Shown here in pieces: positions 48,760 through 58,661 of a stretch of 59,953 bases of DNA (position 1 is its first letter; each line of letters opens with the position of its first letter). The stretch spans positions 138-60,090 of the forward strand of contig JAOZMX010000002.1 of NCBI GenBank assembly GCA_029934065.1. Reading direction: 5' to 3'. Origin of the DNA: Bacteroidales bacterium (GTDB taxonomy: Bacteria; Bacteroidota; Bacteroidia; Bacteroidales; 4484-276). The notes under the pieces are model-generated. The model was not told where the DNA came from. It saw nothing but the letters and a program-made list of their open reading frames with translations, and made no database searches. Both the position numbers and the translations under genes were made by a program.

Positions 48760-49452
48760 ATGGAAAAAAAAGTAAGATTAACATTGGCGTTGGTATTTTT
48801 AGCCTTTGCGGGAATGTTCATCACATCCTGCTATCCGACGGACAATGTGAATTATGAAGACCTCGATCTGGTAGCCACCGTTTACGACAAGAGCGAAAAC
48901 TTTGAAGCCCTCAGTAGTTTTGCACTGCCCGATACGATTGTGCATTTGAAAGACACTACAAATCCCGATAATGACGTGGATTTAAGCAGGCAATACGACA
49001 GTTTTATTTTGAACCTTATCCGGGAAAATATGGTCAATTACGGGTATGAATTTATTGAAAATCCCGATACATCCAACAGACCTGATGTAGTGCTGACCGT
49101 ATCAGCCATGGGGACAAAGAATTATTCGGTATGGTACTGGTATCCCGATTACTGGTACTGGTATCCATGGTATCCCTGGTACGGTAAATCAAGCGAAAAT
49201 ACCGACTGGTATTGGTATCCCAGCTATCCCTGGTATCCGGGCGGCAGTTATGTTACCTCCTATTCGGTGGGAACACTGATTATGATGATGCACGATATTA
49301 CCGATGTCCAGCAGGAAACCGATACCATTCCAGTTGTTTGGTTAGGTACCATCAACGGATTGCTCGGCAGTAATTCAAACGATACTAAAAACCGTCTTGA
49401 ATACAACATCAATGAAGCGTTTAAACAATCGCCTTACCTCGACACCAAATAA
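48760..49452 (+). CDS. DUF4136-like lipoprotein with a Trp/Tyr/Pro-rich insert
   Basis: 230-codon ORF with ATG start and lipobox (FAGMFITSCY). Blocks LVATVYDKSENFEALSSFALPD and VGTLIMMMHDIT...IPVVWLGTINGLL parallel the preceding gene. Insert WYWYPDYWYWYPWYPWYGKSSENTDWYWYPSYPWYPGGSY at 49132-49250. Confidence 0.7.
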   Translation: MEKKVRLTLALVFLAFAGMFITSCYPTDNVNYEDLDLVATVYDKSENFEALSSFALPDTIVHLKDTTNPDNDVDLSRQYDSFILNLIRENMVNYGYEFIENPDTSNRPDVVLTVSAMGTKNYSVWYWYPDYWYWYPWYPWYGKSSENTDWYWYPSYPWYPGGSYVTSYSVGTLIMMMHDITDVQQETDTIPVVWLGTINGLLGSNSNDTKNRLEYNINEAFKQSPYLDTK

Positions 49453-49491
49453 ATCAATATTAAAATCATAAATTTTAAAATAAATCATATT

Positions 49492-50085
49492 ATGAAAAAA
49501 ATATTTTTAGCCGTTTTATTAGGACTGTTTTCGCTGCCGATGTTTGCGCAGCAGGAAAATAGCGGAGCATTGTGGTCGTTCACTTACGATATGGCTTTCC
49601 CCATGGGAGCGACCAAAGATTACACCGGCAAAGCAAGTTTCAGGGGAATGATGCTGGACGGCCGCGGATTTGTTGACAATAACATTACTCTCGGAGGAAA
49701 TTTCGGTTGGAACGTTTTTTACGAAAAAGCCGACAAAGAAACCGTAGAAGTAGATAATATTACTTTGACGGGAACACAATATAAATACATCAATGCTTTC
49801 CCGATGTTTTTCAATGCAGCTTATTATTTCAATGAAGGAAGCTATGTCAGACCGTATGTTGCTGCAAATATCGGTGTGATTTACGATATACAACGCACCG
49901 ACATTGGTTTGTATTCGTTTGATTACGACAACTGGAAATTTGCTTTTGCACCTGAAGTGGGGCTTGCTTTCCAAACCGACAGCGGTGTAGGGCTGATGGT
50001 TAACCTGCGGTACAACTACGGATTGGAAACATCAGACATTGATGCGTTGAGTTATCTCGGACTCAACATCGGATTGTTGTGGTAA
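49492..50085 (+). CDS. Small outer-membrane beta-barrel protein (OmpW/porin-family-like)
   Basis: 197-codon ORF with ATG start and signal peptide MKKIFLAVLLGLFSLPMFAQ. Amphipathic strands and a terminal aromatic residue (LGLNIGLLW). Confidence 0.7.
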   Translation: MKKIFLAVLLGLFSLPMFAQQENSGALWSFTYDMAFPMGATKDYTGKASFRGMMLDGRGFVDNNITLGGNFGWNVFYEKADKETVEVDNITLTGTQYKYINAFPMFFNAAYYFNEGSYVRPYVAANIGVIYDIQRTDIGLYSFDYDNWKFAFAPEVGLAFQTDSGVGLMVNLRYNYGLETSDIDALSYLGLNIGLLW

Positions 50086-50111
50086 AGTAAATCACTTCAC
50101 AATAAAAATAT

Positions 50112-50151
50112 AAACGGAAGACCATTAAACGGGTTTTCCGTTTTTTTTTTT
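50112..50151. terminator. Bidirectional rho-independent terminator between the OM cluster and the convergent sulfatase gene
   Basis: AAACGGAA (50112-50119) pairs with TTCCGTTT (50136-50143), followed by a long T-run to 50151. The flank on the other strand is A/T-rich. Confidence 0.7.
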
Positions 50152-50204
50152 GAATTAATCTCCATCGGGACAAAACGGTTTACCAAATTTCACAACGGTA
50201 ACCC

Positions 50205-52280
50205 TTACCTGACAATGATCTCGTCGGCGAACAGCCAGGCTTTACCGCCGGCGCCTTTGTGCCATGCGGGGCAGTGGCCGATGTTTTTGGCATGTACCCT
50301 GACATAACGTGCACGAACGTTTTCGCAATCCGTCATAAAAACTACCCGTTCTTTTCCCGAGAGGTCTTCGGCAGTTTCCCGGTTGATCTTTTTCAAAACG
50401 GTAAAAGTCTTGTTGTCGTCCGATACGGCAAACTCAACCCACACCGGCGAAAAGATCCATGAATCAATGTCCTGAAGAAAACCGGCGGATATGGATTTGA
50501 TGTCGGTGTTGTGTTGCAGATCGATGGTGGCAATCATATCGTTTTCTTCAAAGCCTTGCCAAACGCCAAGGTCTTTGGTTTTGGTCAGCTCTTTGGATGC
50601 CATCCGGCCGTCGGTCAGTGCATTGTTGCCTCCTCCGGGATATTTCCGCGAAAAGGGATATTCCAACGATACGGGCTTCCCCACAGCAATATGACCGATG
50701 GTTTCGAAAGCCTTTCCGGGCAGAAACTGATCCGCTCCGTCGTCCCGGTATTCTTTTCGCAGTTCCTTCAGTTGCTTTTTCAGTTGAATGACCTTTTCGC
50801 TGTATGCCGGATCGTTGTAAACATTTTTCATTTCATGGGGATCGTTTTTCAGATCGAACAACTCCCATTCGTCAATATCATAATAGTAGTGGATCAATTT
50901 GAAATCGTGCGTCCGGATGCCGTAATGGCGTTTCACGAAATGTTCGCACGGGTATTCGTAATAATGGTAGTAGATGGCATCACGCCAATCGCCGGGAGTT
51001 TTTCCCGCAAGGATATCCTTGAAGGATTTGCCCTGCATTTCACCCGGAACGGAAATGCCCGCAAAATCCAAAAATGTGGGGGCAAAATCGAGGTTCAACA
51101 CCATATCGTTGCTCACCGACCCTTTTTTCACCTCCCGGGGATACCTGACCAGCAAAGGTATTTTCAGCGATTCTTCGTACATAAACCGCTTGTCGAACCA
51201 GCCGTGTTCGCCGAGGAAAAACCCCTGATCGGAGGTGTAAACCACGATGGTATTTTCCGACAAGCCGTGCTTGTCGAGGTAATTGAGCACGGCGCCGACA
51301 CTTTCGTCAACCGACTGAATGGTGCCGAGATAATCTTCCTGATAGCGACGGAATTTCCAGCGGGCAAGTGCCTTACCCTCCGGGTTCTTCCGGTAGAAAT
51401 CGTTGTTTTTGTTTCGGTAAGCGCTGTCCCATGCCCGGCGCTGTTGCGGCGTCATCCGGTCGAAAGCACGGGTACTCAAGTCATTGACGACTTGTGTGGA
51501 ATCAAAACCGGTGGTCAGTTTCAGGTCGTAACCCAAATACATGTCTTTCCATACCGACATTTTCTGGGCTTTGGCCGCTGTACTTCTGTTTTTGTAATCG
51601 TCAAAGTAGTTGAAGGGAACGGGAATGTCGGTGGAGTCGAAATCGTTGATATGATCTATGTCGGGCATCCATGTGCGATGTGGGGCTTTGTGATGCATCA
51701 TCAGGCAAAACGGCCTGGTGGTGTCGCGTTCATCAAGCCAGTCGAGGGTGAGCTGCGTGATGATATCCGTTACGTAACCTTCGTATTTTTTGTTTTCACC
51801 CATTTCGATAAAACCGGGATTGTAATAATTGCCCTGCCCCCGCAGGATGTTCCAGTAATCGAATCCCGTGGGTGCACTTTTCAGGTGCCATTTTCCGATC
51901 ATGGCGGTTTGATAATCGTTATCACGAAGAATCTTGGGAAAGGTTTCCTGACTGCCGTCAAATTTTTGGGTGTTGTCAACCACGCCGTTGAGGTGGCTGT
52001 ATTTTCCGGTCAGGACAACTGCCCTCGACGGCGCACAAATGGCGTTGGTGCAAAAACTTTGGTCAAAACGCATCCCTTCGTCGGCAAGCCGGTCGATATT
52101 GGGCGTTTTGTTTACGGAATTGCCGTAACAACTGATGGCATTGGCGGCATGGTCGTCGCTCATGATAAAGATAATGTTGGGCCTGTCGTCTTTGCCGTTA
52201 CGTTGATCTTTGGTATTGTTGCAGCTTTGTAAAACCATTGCAACTGCAAACAATAAAGACATTGCAAATAAATTTTTCAT
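50205..52280 (-). CDS. Sulfatase (formylglycine-dependent, N-acetylglucosamine-6-sulfatase-like) with a C-terminal F5/8 type C-like domain
   Basis: 691-codon ORF with ATG start and signal peptide (LLFAVAMVLQSCNN). Sulfatase signature PNIIFIMSDDH and CAPSRAVVLTGKY (the C-x-P-x-R formylglycine motif). The C-terminal ~150 aa are discoidin-like (ARYVRVHAKNIGHCPAWHKGAGGKAWLFADEIIV). Confidence 0.9.
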   Translation of the reverse strand: MKNLFAMSLLFAVAMVLQSCNNTKDQRNGKDDRPNIIFIMSDDHAANAISCYGNSVNKTPNIDRLADEGMRFDQSFCTNAICAPSRAVVLTGKYSHLNGVVDNTQKFDGSQETFPKILRDNDYQTAMIGKWHLKSAPTGFDYWNILRGQGNYYNPGFIEMGENKKYEGYVTDIITQLTLDWLDERDTTRPFCLMMHHKAPHRTWMPDIDHINDFDSTDIPVPFNYFDDYKNRSTAAKAQKMSVWKDMYLGYDLKLTTGFDSTQVVNDLSTRAFDRMTPQQRRAWDSAYRNKNNDFYRKNPEGKALARWKFRRYQEDYLGTIQSVDESVGAVLNYLDKHGLSENTIVVYTSDQGFFLGEHGWFDKRFMYEESLKIPLLVRYPREVKKGSVSNDMVLNLDFAPTFLDFAGISVPGEMQGKSFKDILAGKTPGDWRDAIYYHYYEYPCEHFVKRHYGIRTHDFKLIHYYYDIDEWELFDLKNDPHEMKNVYNDPAYSEKVIQLKKQLKELRKEYRDDGADQFLPGKAFETIGHIAVGKPVSLEYPFSRKYPGGGNNALTDGRMASKELTKTKDLGVWQGFEENDMIATIDLQHNTDIKSISAGFLQDIDSWIFSPVWVEFAVSDDNKTFTVLKKINRETAEDLSGKERVVFMTDCENVRARYVRVHAKNIGHCPAWHKGAGGKAWLFADEIIVR

Positions 52281-52299
52281 AAAATCATCAATTTGCTGT

Positions 52300-52307
52300 C
52301 AAAAATA
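52300..52307 (-). promoter_or_regulatory. Candidate -7 promoter box (TATTTTTG on minus strand) for the sulfatase gene
   Basis: Exact TAnnTTTG match 19 nt upstream of the ATG at 52280. Confidence 0.45.
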
Positions 52308-52372
52308 ATCATTTGTGAAAACTGCGGCGGGAGGTTTGTCGGCAACATGTTCCGGGGAAAATGTCCCGGTCT

Positions 52373-52816
52373 TCAGTACGCCGATTGTTCTTTGGCTTGT
52401 TTTTCACTTTGTCTTATTATTTTTATGTCAATGAGGAACAATGGGATAATGATTGAAACATAAGCCAAAAAATCCCACGGGTCAAATGTAGCATCATAGA
52501 GTTTAAAATATTGTGCGGTTTCAAATGCCACACACACCAATAGAAAAATAGTTACGGTTCTTTTCGGAGTGAAAAACCGGGTCCATGCATTGTTTGCTTT
52601 GTTCGTAAAAAGCCCTCTGAATAAAATGTAATTCCATGCCGGCCCAACCATATCCAGCACATAACCTTTCCAAAAGCCTCCCGAATCAAGCCAGATTGTC
52701 AAAATGCCGACGGCCCAAAATATGACGAGGGCTGCTGCCCAGTACGGCGCATATTTGTTATGCTGATTTTGTAGTGTTGATTGATTTTTCAATTTCTTCT
52801 GGATTACCTTCATCAT
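52373..52816 (-). CDS. Hypothetical small membrane protein
   Basis: 147-codon ORF with ATG start and about four hydrophobic segments (YWAAALVIFWAVGILTIWL, VTIFLLVCVAFETA, FLAYVSIIIPLFLIDI). No family recognised. Confidence 0.55.
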   Translation of the reverse strand: MMKVIQKKLKNQSTLQNQHNKYAPYWAAALVIFWAVGILTIWLDSGGFWKGYVLDMVGPAWNYILFRGLFTNKANNAWTRFFTPKRTVTIFLLVCVAFETAQYFKLYDATFDPWDFLAYVSIIIPLFLIDIKIIRQSEKQAKEQSAY

Positions 52817-52972
52817 TTAAATTCAAATTAACATTTGCTAAAAACTATTCTTTTATTTCTCTCGTCTGGCTATACCAGACAAATCACTACTAATTCCATC
52901 AATCTTACCATCATTTACATCATTATTTTTAATATTATCTATATTTTGTCTGGATTCTCCAGAAGGTTTAAA

Positions 52973-53320
52973 TTACCCAAAGAAACAATGCAAAGCATCC
53001 TCAGCCACTAAATCGAAAAAGTCTGAAATGGTTTTTACATAAGGAACCGGCTCGTAGTGATACCATTTCAGGTTGCTACGCATCCAATAAATCTTCCATT
53101 GGTTTTGCGATTTAACGTAGGTGGTTTTGGCAACCGGGGTTTCTGTTTTCACCTCGGGCTTATCCCAACGTGGCCTTATTTCAAACAGATATACATTTTG
53201 CCCTTCAATACGATAACCCAAATCAAGCTTATCCCGAATTTCCAACGGCGGCCTGTTGTAATACATGTATTTGGCTGCTGCCTTTTCTATTTCTGTTATT
53301 TGCTCTTTTGTTAGTGCCAT
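52973..53320 (-). CDS. DUF3024-like protein
   Basis: 115-codon ORF with ATG start. Blocks LDLGYRIEGQNVYLFEIRPRWD, VAKTTYVKSQNQWKIYWMRSNLKWYHYEP and AEDALHCFFG match my recollection of DUF3024. Confidence 0.65.
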   Translation of the reverse strand: MALTKEQITEIEKAAAKYMYYNRPPLEIRDKLDLGYRIEGQNVYLFEIRPRWDKPEVKTETPVAKTTYVKSQNQWKIYWMRSNLKWYHYEPVPYVKTISDFFDLVAEDALHCFFG

Positions 53321-53519
53321 AATTATTGATGTTTTTTCAAAGCAAAATGCTTTGGGTTCTTTAACTTTCCAAAATAACTTTTAAAATATCCGGGCTTTTT
53401 TCTTTAAACATACCCATTCGTTTTGCTACCTCGTTGTTGGGATCTGTCCATCTTTGGTGCAGTAATATCATTAAAGTTTTATGTTTTTGATTTAGATTCA
53501 CGCTTATTAACTAATACTT

Positions 53520-54032
53520 TTAGGAATAGTTGTGTTTTGGTTTTAAATCATCGTTTATTCGAATAAGCTGTTCAAGATGAGTGTATGAGAGTTTCGTTAT
53601 AATCAATTTTCCGAGCACTCTGTTTTTAAGATTATCTGAAACGGTGGTCAGTGACCCCTGTTTTTTATATTCAGGTAATTGAGTTGGCAATACTTCTATA
53701 TTGAGGTTAATCAAATTGGTGGTCGCTGACCCCCGAATTGAAGTTTCATTTAAAAACATTCCAATTTGTGGATAATATTTATAAAACAAGCGAAAATTCC
53801 TAAAAGACCTTTCATCCAATCCTTTTGTATTTTTAAATTCAAAAGCAAGCTTTGAAAGCAATTTCGTGCCATATTTTGCTCTGTCATTACCATTTTGCTC
53901 GTATTCAACAATATAAAATCCAATTAACCAATTACGAATAGTTAATGCTTGATTAACTGCATTGATAGCTTGTTTTTGAAGCTGCTGGTGTATAGCAGCA
54001 ATAGAATTTATTAATTGTTTAAAATTTTTCAT
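53520..54032 (-). CDS. DUF1016/YhcG-family protein, N-terminal domain only (probably a 3'-truncated remnant)
   Basis: 170-codon ORF. AINAVNQALTIRNWLIGFYIVEYEQNGNDRAKYG...LSKLAFEF...ERSFRNFRLFYKYYP...LSYTHLEQLIRINDDLK follows the YhcG N-terminal pattern. The ORF stops where the family normally continues into a ~200-aa PD-(D/E)xK nuclease domain. Confidence 0.6.
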   Translation of the reverse strand: MKNFKQLINSIAAIHQQLQKQAINAVNQALTIRNWLIGFYIVEYEQNGNDRAKYGTKLLSKLAFEFKNTKGLDERSFRNFRLFYKYYPQIGMFLNETSIRGSATTNLINLNIEVLPTQLPEYKKQGSLTTVSDNLKNRVLGKLIITKLSYTHLEQLIRINDDLKPKHNYS

Positions 54033-54218
54033 TTACTAATTCGCTATTAAAAACCATGTAATTAAATCGAAATTTTCAGGCTTGAATAAATATATCGTTT
54101 TTCATCGGTCAATACCTTGTTGCAAATATGTTATTATCAGTTTTGTTCTTTTTGCTTGCCCCTAATCTATTAGCAATGCATCAATTGTCATATCACAAAG
54201 GTACAAAAAACGAAAGAA

Positions 54219-57200
54219 TCAATCCAGATTCTGGTTCAGCAAACGGGCAACTTCATTCACCTCCGTATTTTTGCGCCGGCTGTAGTCTTCCAATTGGTCT
54301 TTTTGTATTTTTCCCACGTTGAAATACTTTGCTTCGGGATGGGCAAAGTAATAGCCGCTCACCGAAGCGGCCGGGATCATGGCAAAATTCTCCGTCAGCG
54401 ATATGCCGGCCGAATTTTCGGCATCGAGCAGTTGGAACAGGGTCTGTTTTTCGGAATGGTCGGGACAGGCGGGATAACCCGGCGCCGGTCTGATGCCGCG
54501 GTATTTTTCGCGCAGGATCTCTTCCATGGGCAACACCTCTCCGGGAGCATACCCCCAGAGTTCCTTTCTGACCTTTTGGTGCAGCAGTTCGGCAAAAGCT
54601 TCGGCAAACCTGTCGGCAAGGATTTTCATCATGATGGCCGAGTAGTCGTCGTTCCGGCTTTGGTAATGCGCAACCCATTTGTCCACGCCGATGCCTGCCG
54701 TCACGGCAAACAGTCCGATATGATCGGTTTGTTTTGCCGTAAGGGGAGCAATAAAATCGGCCAGCGAAAGATTCGGTTCTCCGGCGGTTTTTACCTCCTG
54801 ATTGCGCAAAAAATGAAGGGTGGCGATTTTACGGGTGTGCTGTTCGTCGCCGAATAAAACCACATCATCGCCAACCGATGCGGCAGGGTAAAAACCGACG
54901 GCAGCATTGGCCTGCAACTTTTTCTCCCGGATGATCTCGTCCAGCATCCTGTTGGCGTCGTCAAACAATTTTTTGGCTTCCTCACCTTTCACCGGATCGT
55001 TGAAGATGGCCGGGTATTTTCCGTTGAGCCGCCAGGCATGAAAGAAAAATGTCCAGTCGATGTAAGGGCGGATTTCCGACAAAGGATAATCGAAGAGAGT
55101 TTTCCTGCCGGTAAATGCCGGTTTTGTGAAATGAGGTTTTTCGATGCGGATTTTCAGTTTGTTTGCCCGGGCTTCGGCAAGCGAAAGGTAACGTTTCCGG
55201 GTTTTGCGTTGTTGATGTCCGCTGCGCAGTACCGCATATTTTTCCTCCACCTCACGGACATAATCTTCCTTTTGGCTGTCGGAGAGCAATGCTGCGATTA
55301 CGCCGACGCTTTTGGAGGCGTCTTTCACATGGATGACCGGTGCCGGATAGTTGGGCGCTATTTTAACGGCGGTATGGATTTCGGAGGTGGTGGCGCCGCC
55401 GATAACAAGAGGAATGTTCAAATTCCTGCGCTGCATCTCTTTGGCCACGTGTACCATCTCTTCGAGCGACGGTGTGATCAACCCGCTCAACCCGATGATG
55501 TCGGCATTTTCGGAAAGTGCCGTTTCGAGGATCTTCTCCGCCGGCACCATCACCCCGATGTCGATTACCTCGAAATTGTTGCAGGCCAGCACCACACCCA
55601 CGATGTTTTTTCCGATGTCGTGCACATCGCCTTTTACGGTGGCAAGCAATATTTTCCCTGCCGTGCCGGTTTCTCCGGCGGCTGTTTTCTCGGCTTCAAT
55701 GTAAGGCAACAACACGGCCACGGCTTTTTTCATCACGCGGGCGCTTTTGATCACCTGCGGCAAAAACATCTTTCCCGAACCGAACAATTCACCCACGCGA
55801 TTCATTCCCTCCATCAGCGGGCCTTCTATCACATCAAGAGCCCGGGCATGTTGCTTTCTTGCCGCTTCAACATCCTCCTCCACAAAATCCGTGATTCCTT
55901 TTACCAAAGCATGTATCAATCTTTCTTTGACATCGGTGTTGCGCCATTCTTCAGCTTTCGCAGTTTTTTTGTCCTGTGGTTTCACCTTTTCGGCATAGGC
56001 AACAAGCCTGTCGGTGGCGTCTTTCCGCCGGTTCAAAACCACATCTTCCGTCAGTTGCAGCAAGTCGCGGGGTATCTCGTCGTAAATCTGCAACATTCCG
56101 GGATTTACAATTCCCATGTCCATTCCGGCTTTGACGGCATGATAGAGAAACACCGAATGCATGGCTTCGCGTACGGTGTTGTTGCCTCTGAACGAGAACG
56201 ACAGATTGCTCACACCGCCGCTTACGTGGACATGAGGCAGGTTTTCCTTGATCCAGCGTGTGGCGTTGATGTATTCCACAGCAAGGTTGTTGTGTTCGTT
56301 CATCCCCGTGGCGATGGTGAGGATGTTGGGATCGAAAATAATGTCTTCAGCAGGAAAGCCCACCTCTTGAGTAAGTATCCGGTAGGCACGGCTGCAAATT
56401 TCGGTTTTTCTTTCGGAAGTCGTTGCCTGTCCTTTTTCGTCGAAAGCCATGACCACGGTGGCGGCGCCGTATTTTCGGATGAGTTTTGCGCGTTGTTTAA
56501 AAACCGTTTCACCCTCTTTCAGGCTGATGGAATTAACGATGGCCTTGCCCTGCAAACATTTCAATCCGGCTTCGATGACTTTCCAGTCCGACGAATCGAT
56601 CATCACCGGCAAGCGGGCGATATCGGGGTCGGACATCAGCATGTTCAGGAATTTAACCATCTCCGTTTCGGCATCCAGCATGGCATCGTCGAGGTTCACA
56701 TCAATGATCTGTGCCCCTCCTTCAACCTGGTTGCGGGCCACCGAGAGCGCTTCCTCGTATTTACCTTCGCGGATGAGCCGGGCAAACTTCCTCGACCCGC
56801 TCACATTGGTTCGTTCGCCGATATTGATAAAATTACTTCCGGGAAAGACCACGAGGGGGTCCATGCCGCTCAGGCGCAGCAACGGTTCGGTTTTGGGAAT
56901 TTTCCTCGGTTTTCCTTCCGCAGCAACCTGCGCGAATTTTTCAATGTGTTCGGGTGTAGTGCCGCAGCATCCGCCGATGATGTTGGTGAAACCGCTTTCC
57001 ACAAAATCTTTTAACTGGGCGGCCATCCTGTCGGGCAATTCGTCGTATTCGCCCATCTCGTTGGGCAGTCCGGCATTGGGATAAACGCTGACGAAAAACG
57101 GCGCTTTGGCCGAAAGTTCTTCGAGGTACGGGCGCATCTGTTTTGCTCCCATGGCGCAGTTGAGCCCCACACTCAACAAAGGGGCATGCGAAACGGAGAT

Positions 57201-57896
57201 CAGAAAAGCCTCGGTGGTTTGTCCCGAAAGTGTCCTGCCGCTGGCATCGGTGATGGTTCCCGAGATCATCACCGGCAAACGCCGGCCTTTTTCTTCAAAT
57301 GCCTTTTCGATGCCAAACAGCGCCGCTTTGGCGTTGAGCGTGTCGAAGATGGTTTCGACCAGCAGCAAATCGGCACCGCCGTCAATCAAACCTTCGGCCT
57401 GTTCCCGGTAATTTTCGGCCAGCTCGTCGAAAGTGACGGCACGGAAACCGGGATTGTTCACCTGGGGCGACATGGATGCCGTTTTGTTGGTGGGGCCCAT
57501 GGAACCGGCAACAAACCTCGGCTTTTCGGGGTTTTCTGCCGTAAACCGTTGTGCCGCTTGCACGGCAAGTTCCGCCGAACGTTTGTTGATCTCATAAACG
57601 TAGTCTTCCAGCCCGTAATCGGCCATGGAGATCCTCGTGGCATTGAAGGTGTTGGTCTCGATAATATCGGCACCTGCGGAAAGGTATTGCTCGTGTATCC
57701 CGCTGATGATGTCGGGCCGGACCAGGGAAAGCAGGTCGTTGCAGCCCATCAGGTTGACCGGATGGTTTTTGAACCGTTCTCCCCGGAAATCATTTTCCGT
57801 CAGCAAATGGCGTTGGATCATTGTCCCCATGGCACCGTCGAGCACCAGAATGCGTTTTTGCAGAAGGTCGGTTATTTTTTCGTGTTGATTTTTCAT
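54219..57896 (-). CDS. metH: Cobalamin-dependent methionine synthase
   Basis: The ORF-track start at 57917 is a TTG. The ATG at 57896 ([28 protein letters not shown]) lies 29 nt downstream of a TAnnTTTG box. All MetH modules are readable: Hcy-binding ([11 protein letters not shown]), pterin-binding, B12-binding with the [10 protein letters not shown] (DxHxxG) motif, and the C-terminal AdoMet-activation domain ([12 protein letters not shown]). Confidence 0.95.
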   Translation of the reverse strand: MKNQHEKITDLLQKRILVLDGAMGTMIQRHLLTENDFRGERFKNHPVNLMGCNDLLSLVRPDIISGIHEQYLSAGADIIETNTFNATRISMADYGLEDYVYEINKRSAELAVQAAQRFTAENPEKPRFVAGSMGPTNKTASMSPQVNNPGFRAVTFDELAENYREQAEGLIDGGADLLLVETIFDTLNAKAALFGIEKAFEEKGRRLPVMISGTITDASGRTLSGQTTEAFLISVSHAPLLSVGLNCAMGAKQMRPYLEELSAKAPFFVSVYPNAGLPNEMGEYDELPDRMAAQLKDFVESGFTNIIGGCCGTTPEHIEKFAQVAAEGKPRKIPKTEPLLRLSGMDPLVVFPGSNFINIGERTNVSGSRKFARLIREGKYEEALSVARNQVEGGAQIIDVNLDDAMLDAETEMVKFLNMLMSDPDIARLPVMIDSSDWKVIEAGLKCLQGKAIVNSISLKEGETVFKQRAKLIRKYGAATVVMAFDEKGQATTSERKTEICSRAYRILTQEVGFPAEDIIFDPNILTIATGMNEHNNLAVEYINATRWIKENLPHVHVSGGVSNLSFSFRGNNTVREAMHSVFLYHAVKAGMDMGIVNPGMLQIYDEIPRDLLQLTEDVVLNRRKDATDRLVAYAEKVKPQDKKTAKAEEWRNTDVKERLIHALVKGITDFVEEDVEAARKQHARALDVIEGPLMEGMNRVGELFGSGKMFLPQVIKSARVMKKAVAVLLPYIEAEKTAAGETGTAGKILLATVKGDVHDIGKNIVGVVLACNNFEVIDIGVMVPAEKILETALSENADIIGLSGLITPSLEEMVHVAKEMQRRNLNIPLVIGGATTSEIHTAVKIAPNYPAPVIHVKDASKSVGVIAALLSDSQKEDYVREVEEKYAVLRSGHQQRKTRKRYLSLAEARANKLKIRIEKPHFTKPAFTGRKTLFDYPLSEIRPYIDWTFFFHAWRLNGKYPAIFNDPVKGEEAKKLFDDANRMLDEIIREKKLQANAAVGFYPAASVGDDVVLFGDEQHTRKIATLHFLRNQEVKTAGEPNLSLADFIAPLTAKQTDHIGLFAVTAGIGVDKWVAHYQSRNDDYSAIMMKILADRFAEAFAELLHQKVRKELWGYAPGEVLPMEEILREKYRGIRPAPGYPACPDHSEKQTLFQLLDAENSAGISLTENFAMIPAASVSGYYFAHPEAKYFNVGKIQKDQLEDYSRRKNTEVNEVARLLNQNLD

Positions 57897-57925
57897 ATCC
57901 CGCAGGTTGATTTTCAATTGGCTTG

Positions 57926-57933
57926 CAAAATTA
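57926..57933 (-). promoter_or_regulatory. Candidate -7 promoter box (TAATTTTG on minus strand) for metH
   Basis: Exact TAnnTTTG match. It is only 8 nt from the TTG at 57917 but 29 nt from the ATG at 57896. Confidence 0.45.
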
Positions 57934-57957
57934 AATCAAATTAAAAGACCTTTGGGC

Positions 57958-58005
57958 TAAAAATAAAGCCCGGACAAAAGCAGGGGGTGTTTTGCCTTTG
58001 TCCGG
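57958..58005 (-). terminator. Rho-independent terminator ending the ECF sigma/anti-sigma/DUF4252 operon
   Basis: CCGGACAAA (minus-strand reading of 57997-58005) pairs with TTTGTCCGG (57970-57978), giving a 9-bp stem, followed on the minus strand by GCTTTATTTTT. Confidence 0.6.
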
Positions 58006-58077
58006 ACGGTGAATGGGAATGATCCTTACACAAAGTTCCGAAATCTTTTTCTTAACGGGAATCGGAACATTCGGGGA

Positions 58078-58647
58078 TTAGTCGTCGTCCTCTTCTTTTT
58101 CTTTGTTCATCTTTTCCAGTTGCTCCAGTCCGTCAATGTTCATTGCCTTCGAAAGTTTGGCAATGGATTTCAGATCAATGTTTCCGGTGATGCTGATGAA
58201 TCCGGCTTCGTCTTTCTGATTGATCAGCAGAAGCAACTCCTTGATGTTCTTTCCGTTTTTACGGATCAAAAACTTAACTGTTTCGCCGGGTTCGGAGACC
58301 GTCATCAGCTCGGCAAAATTTTTCAACTGGACTTTTTTCAGGTCGTCCTTGAATTCCCGAAATATTCCGGGATCAGCATATTCGTTGTCGTTGCTGTTTT
58401 CGTACATCAATATTCTGATGTAATCCAGGCCATTGATCACGTTTTTCAAATCCGAAGCATCCTCGTCATCCGATTCTTCGGCAATTTCGCCGAACAAACT
58501 AAAAAGTTCCTTGGTAATGTGTACCGTTGTAAAACCGTCTTTTGCGCCGTATTTTTCGAAGAGGTCGTCGGTAGTGCTTTGCGAGAATGTTCTTAATGGA
58601 ATGAGTAACATTATCATGGCTGCCGTTGTTAAAATGAATTTTTTCAT
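58078..58647 (-). CDS. DUF4252-like secreted protein
   Basis: 189-codon ORF with ATG start and signal peptide (MKKFILTTAAMIMLLIPLRTFSQ). Blocks DLFEKYGAKDGFTTVHITKELFSLF and acidic C-terminus are as in DUF4252 proteins, which typically follow ECF sigma/anti-sigma pairs in Bacteroidota. Confidence 0.75.
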   Translation of the reverse strand: MKKFILTTAAMIMLLIPLRTFSQSTTDDLFEKYGAKDGFTTVHITKELFSLFGEIAEESDDEDASDLKNVINGLDYIRILMYENSNDNEYADPGIFREFKDDLKKVQLKNFAELMTVSEPGETVKFLIRKNGKNIKELLLLINQKDEAGFISITGNIDLKSIAKLSKAMNIDGLEQLEKMNKEKEEDDD

Positions 58648-58661
58648 TGCTTAATAATTTA

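Noticed and set aside
50511-52232. 573-codon plus-strand ORF overlapping the sulfatase gene
   Set aside because: It is antisense to a CDS with unmistakable sulfatase signatures (CAPSR, SDDH), and its translation has no family features. Shadow ORF.
55038-57014. 658-codon plus-strand ORF overlapping metH
   Set aside because: It is antisense to metH, whose modules are all readable on the minus strand. Shadow ORF.
57897-57917. ORF-track start of metH at 57917
   Set aside because: The codon there is TTG and sits only 8 nt from the predicted -7 box. The ATG at 57896 gives the usual MetH N-terminus.
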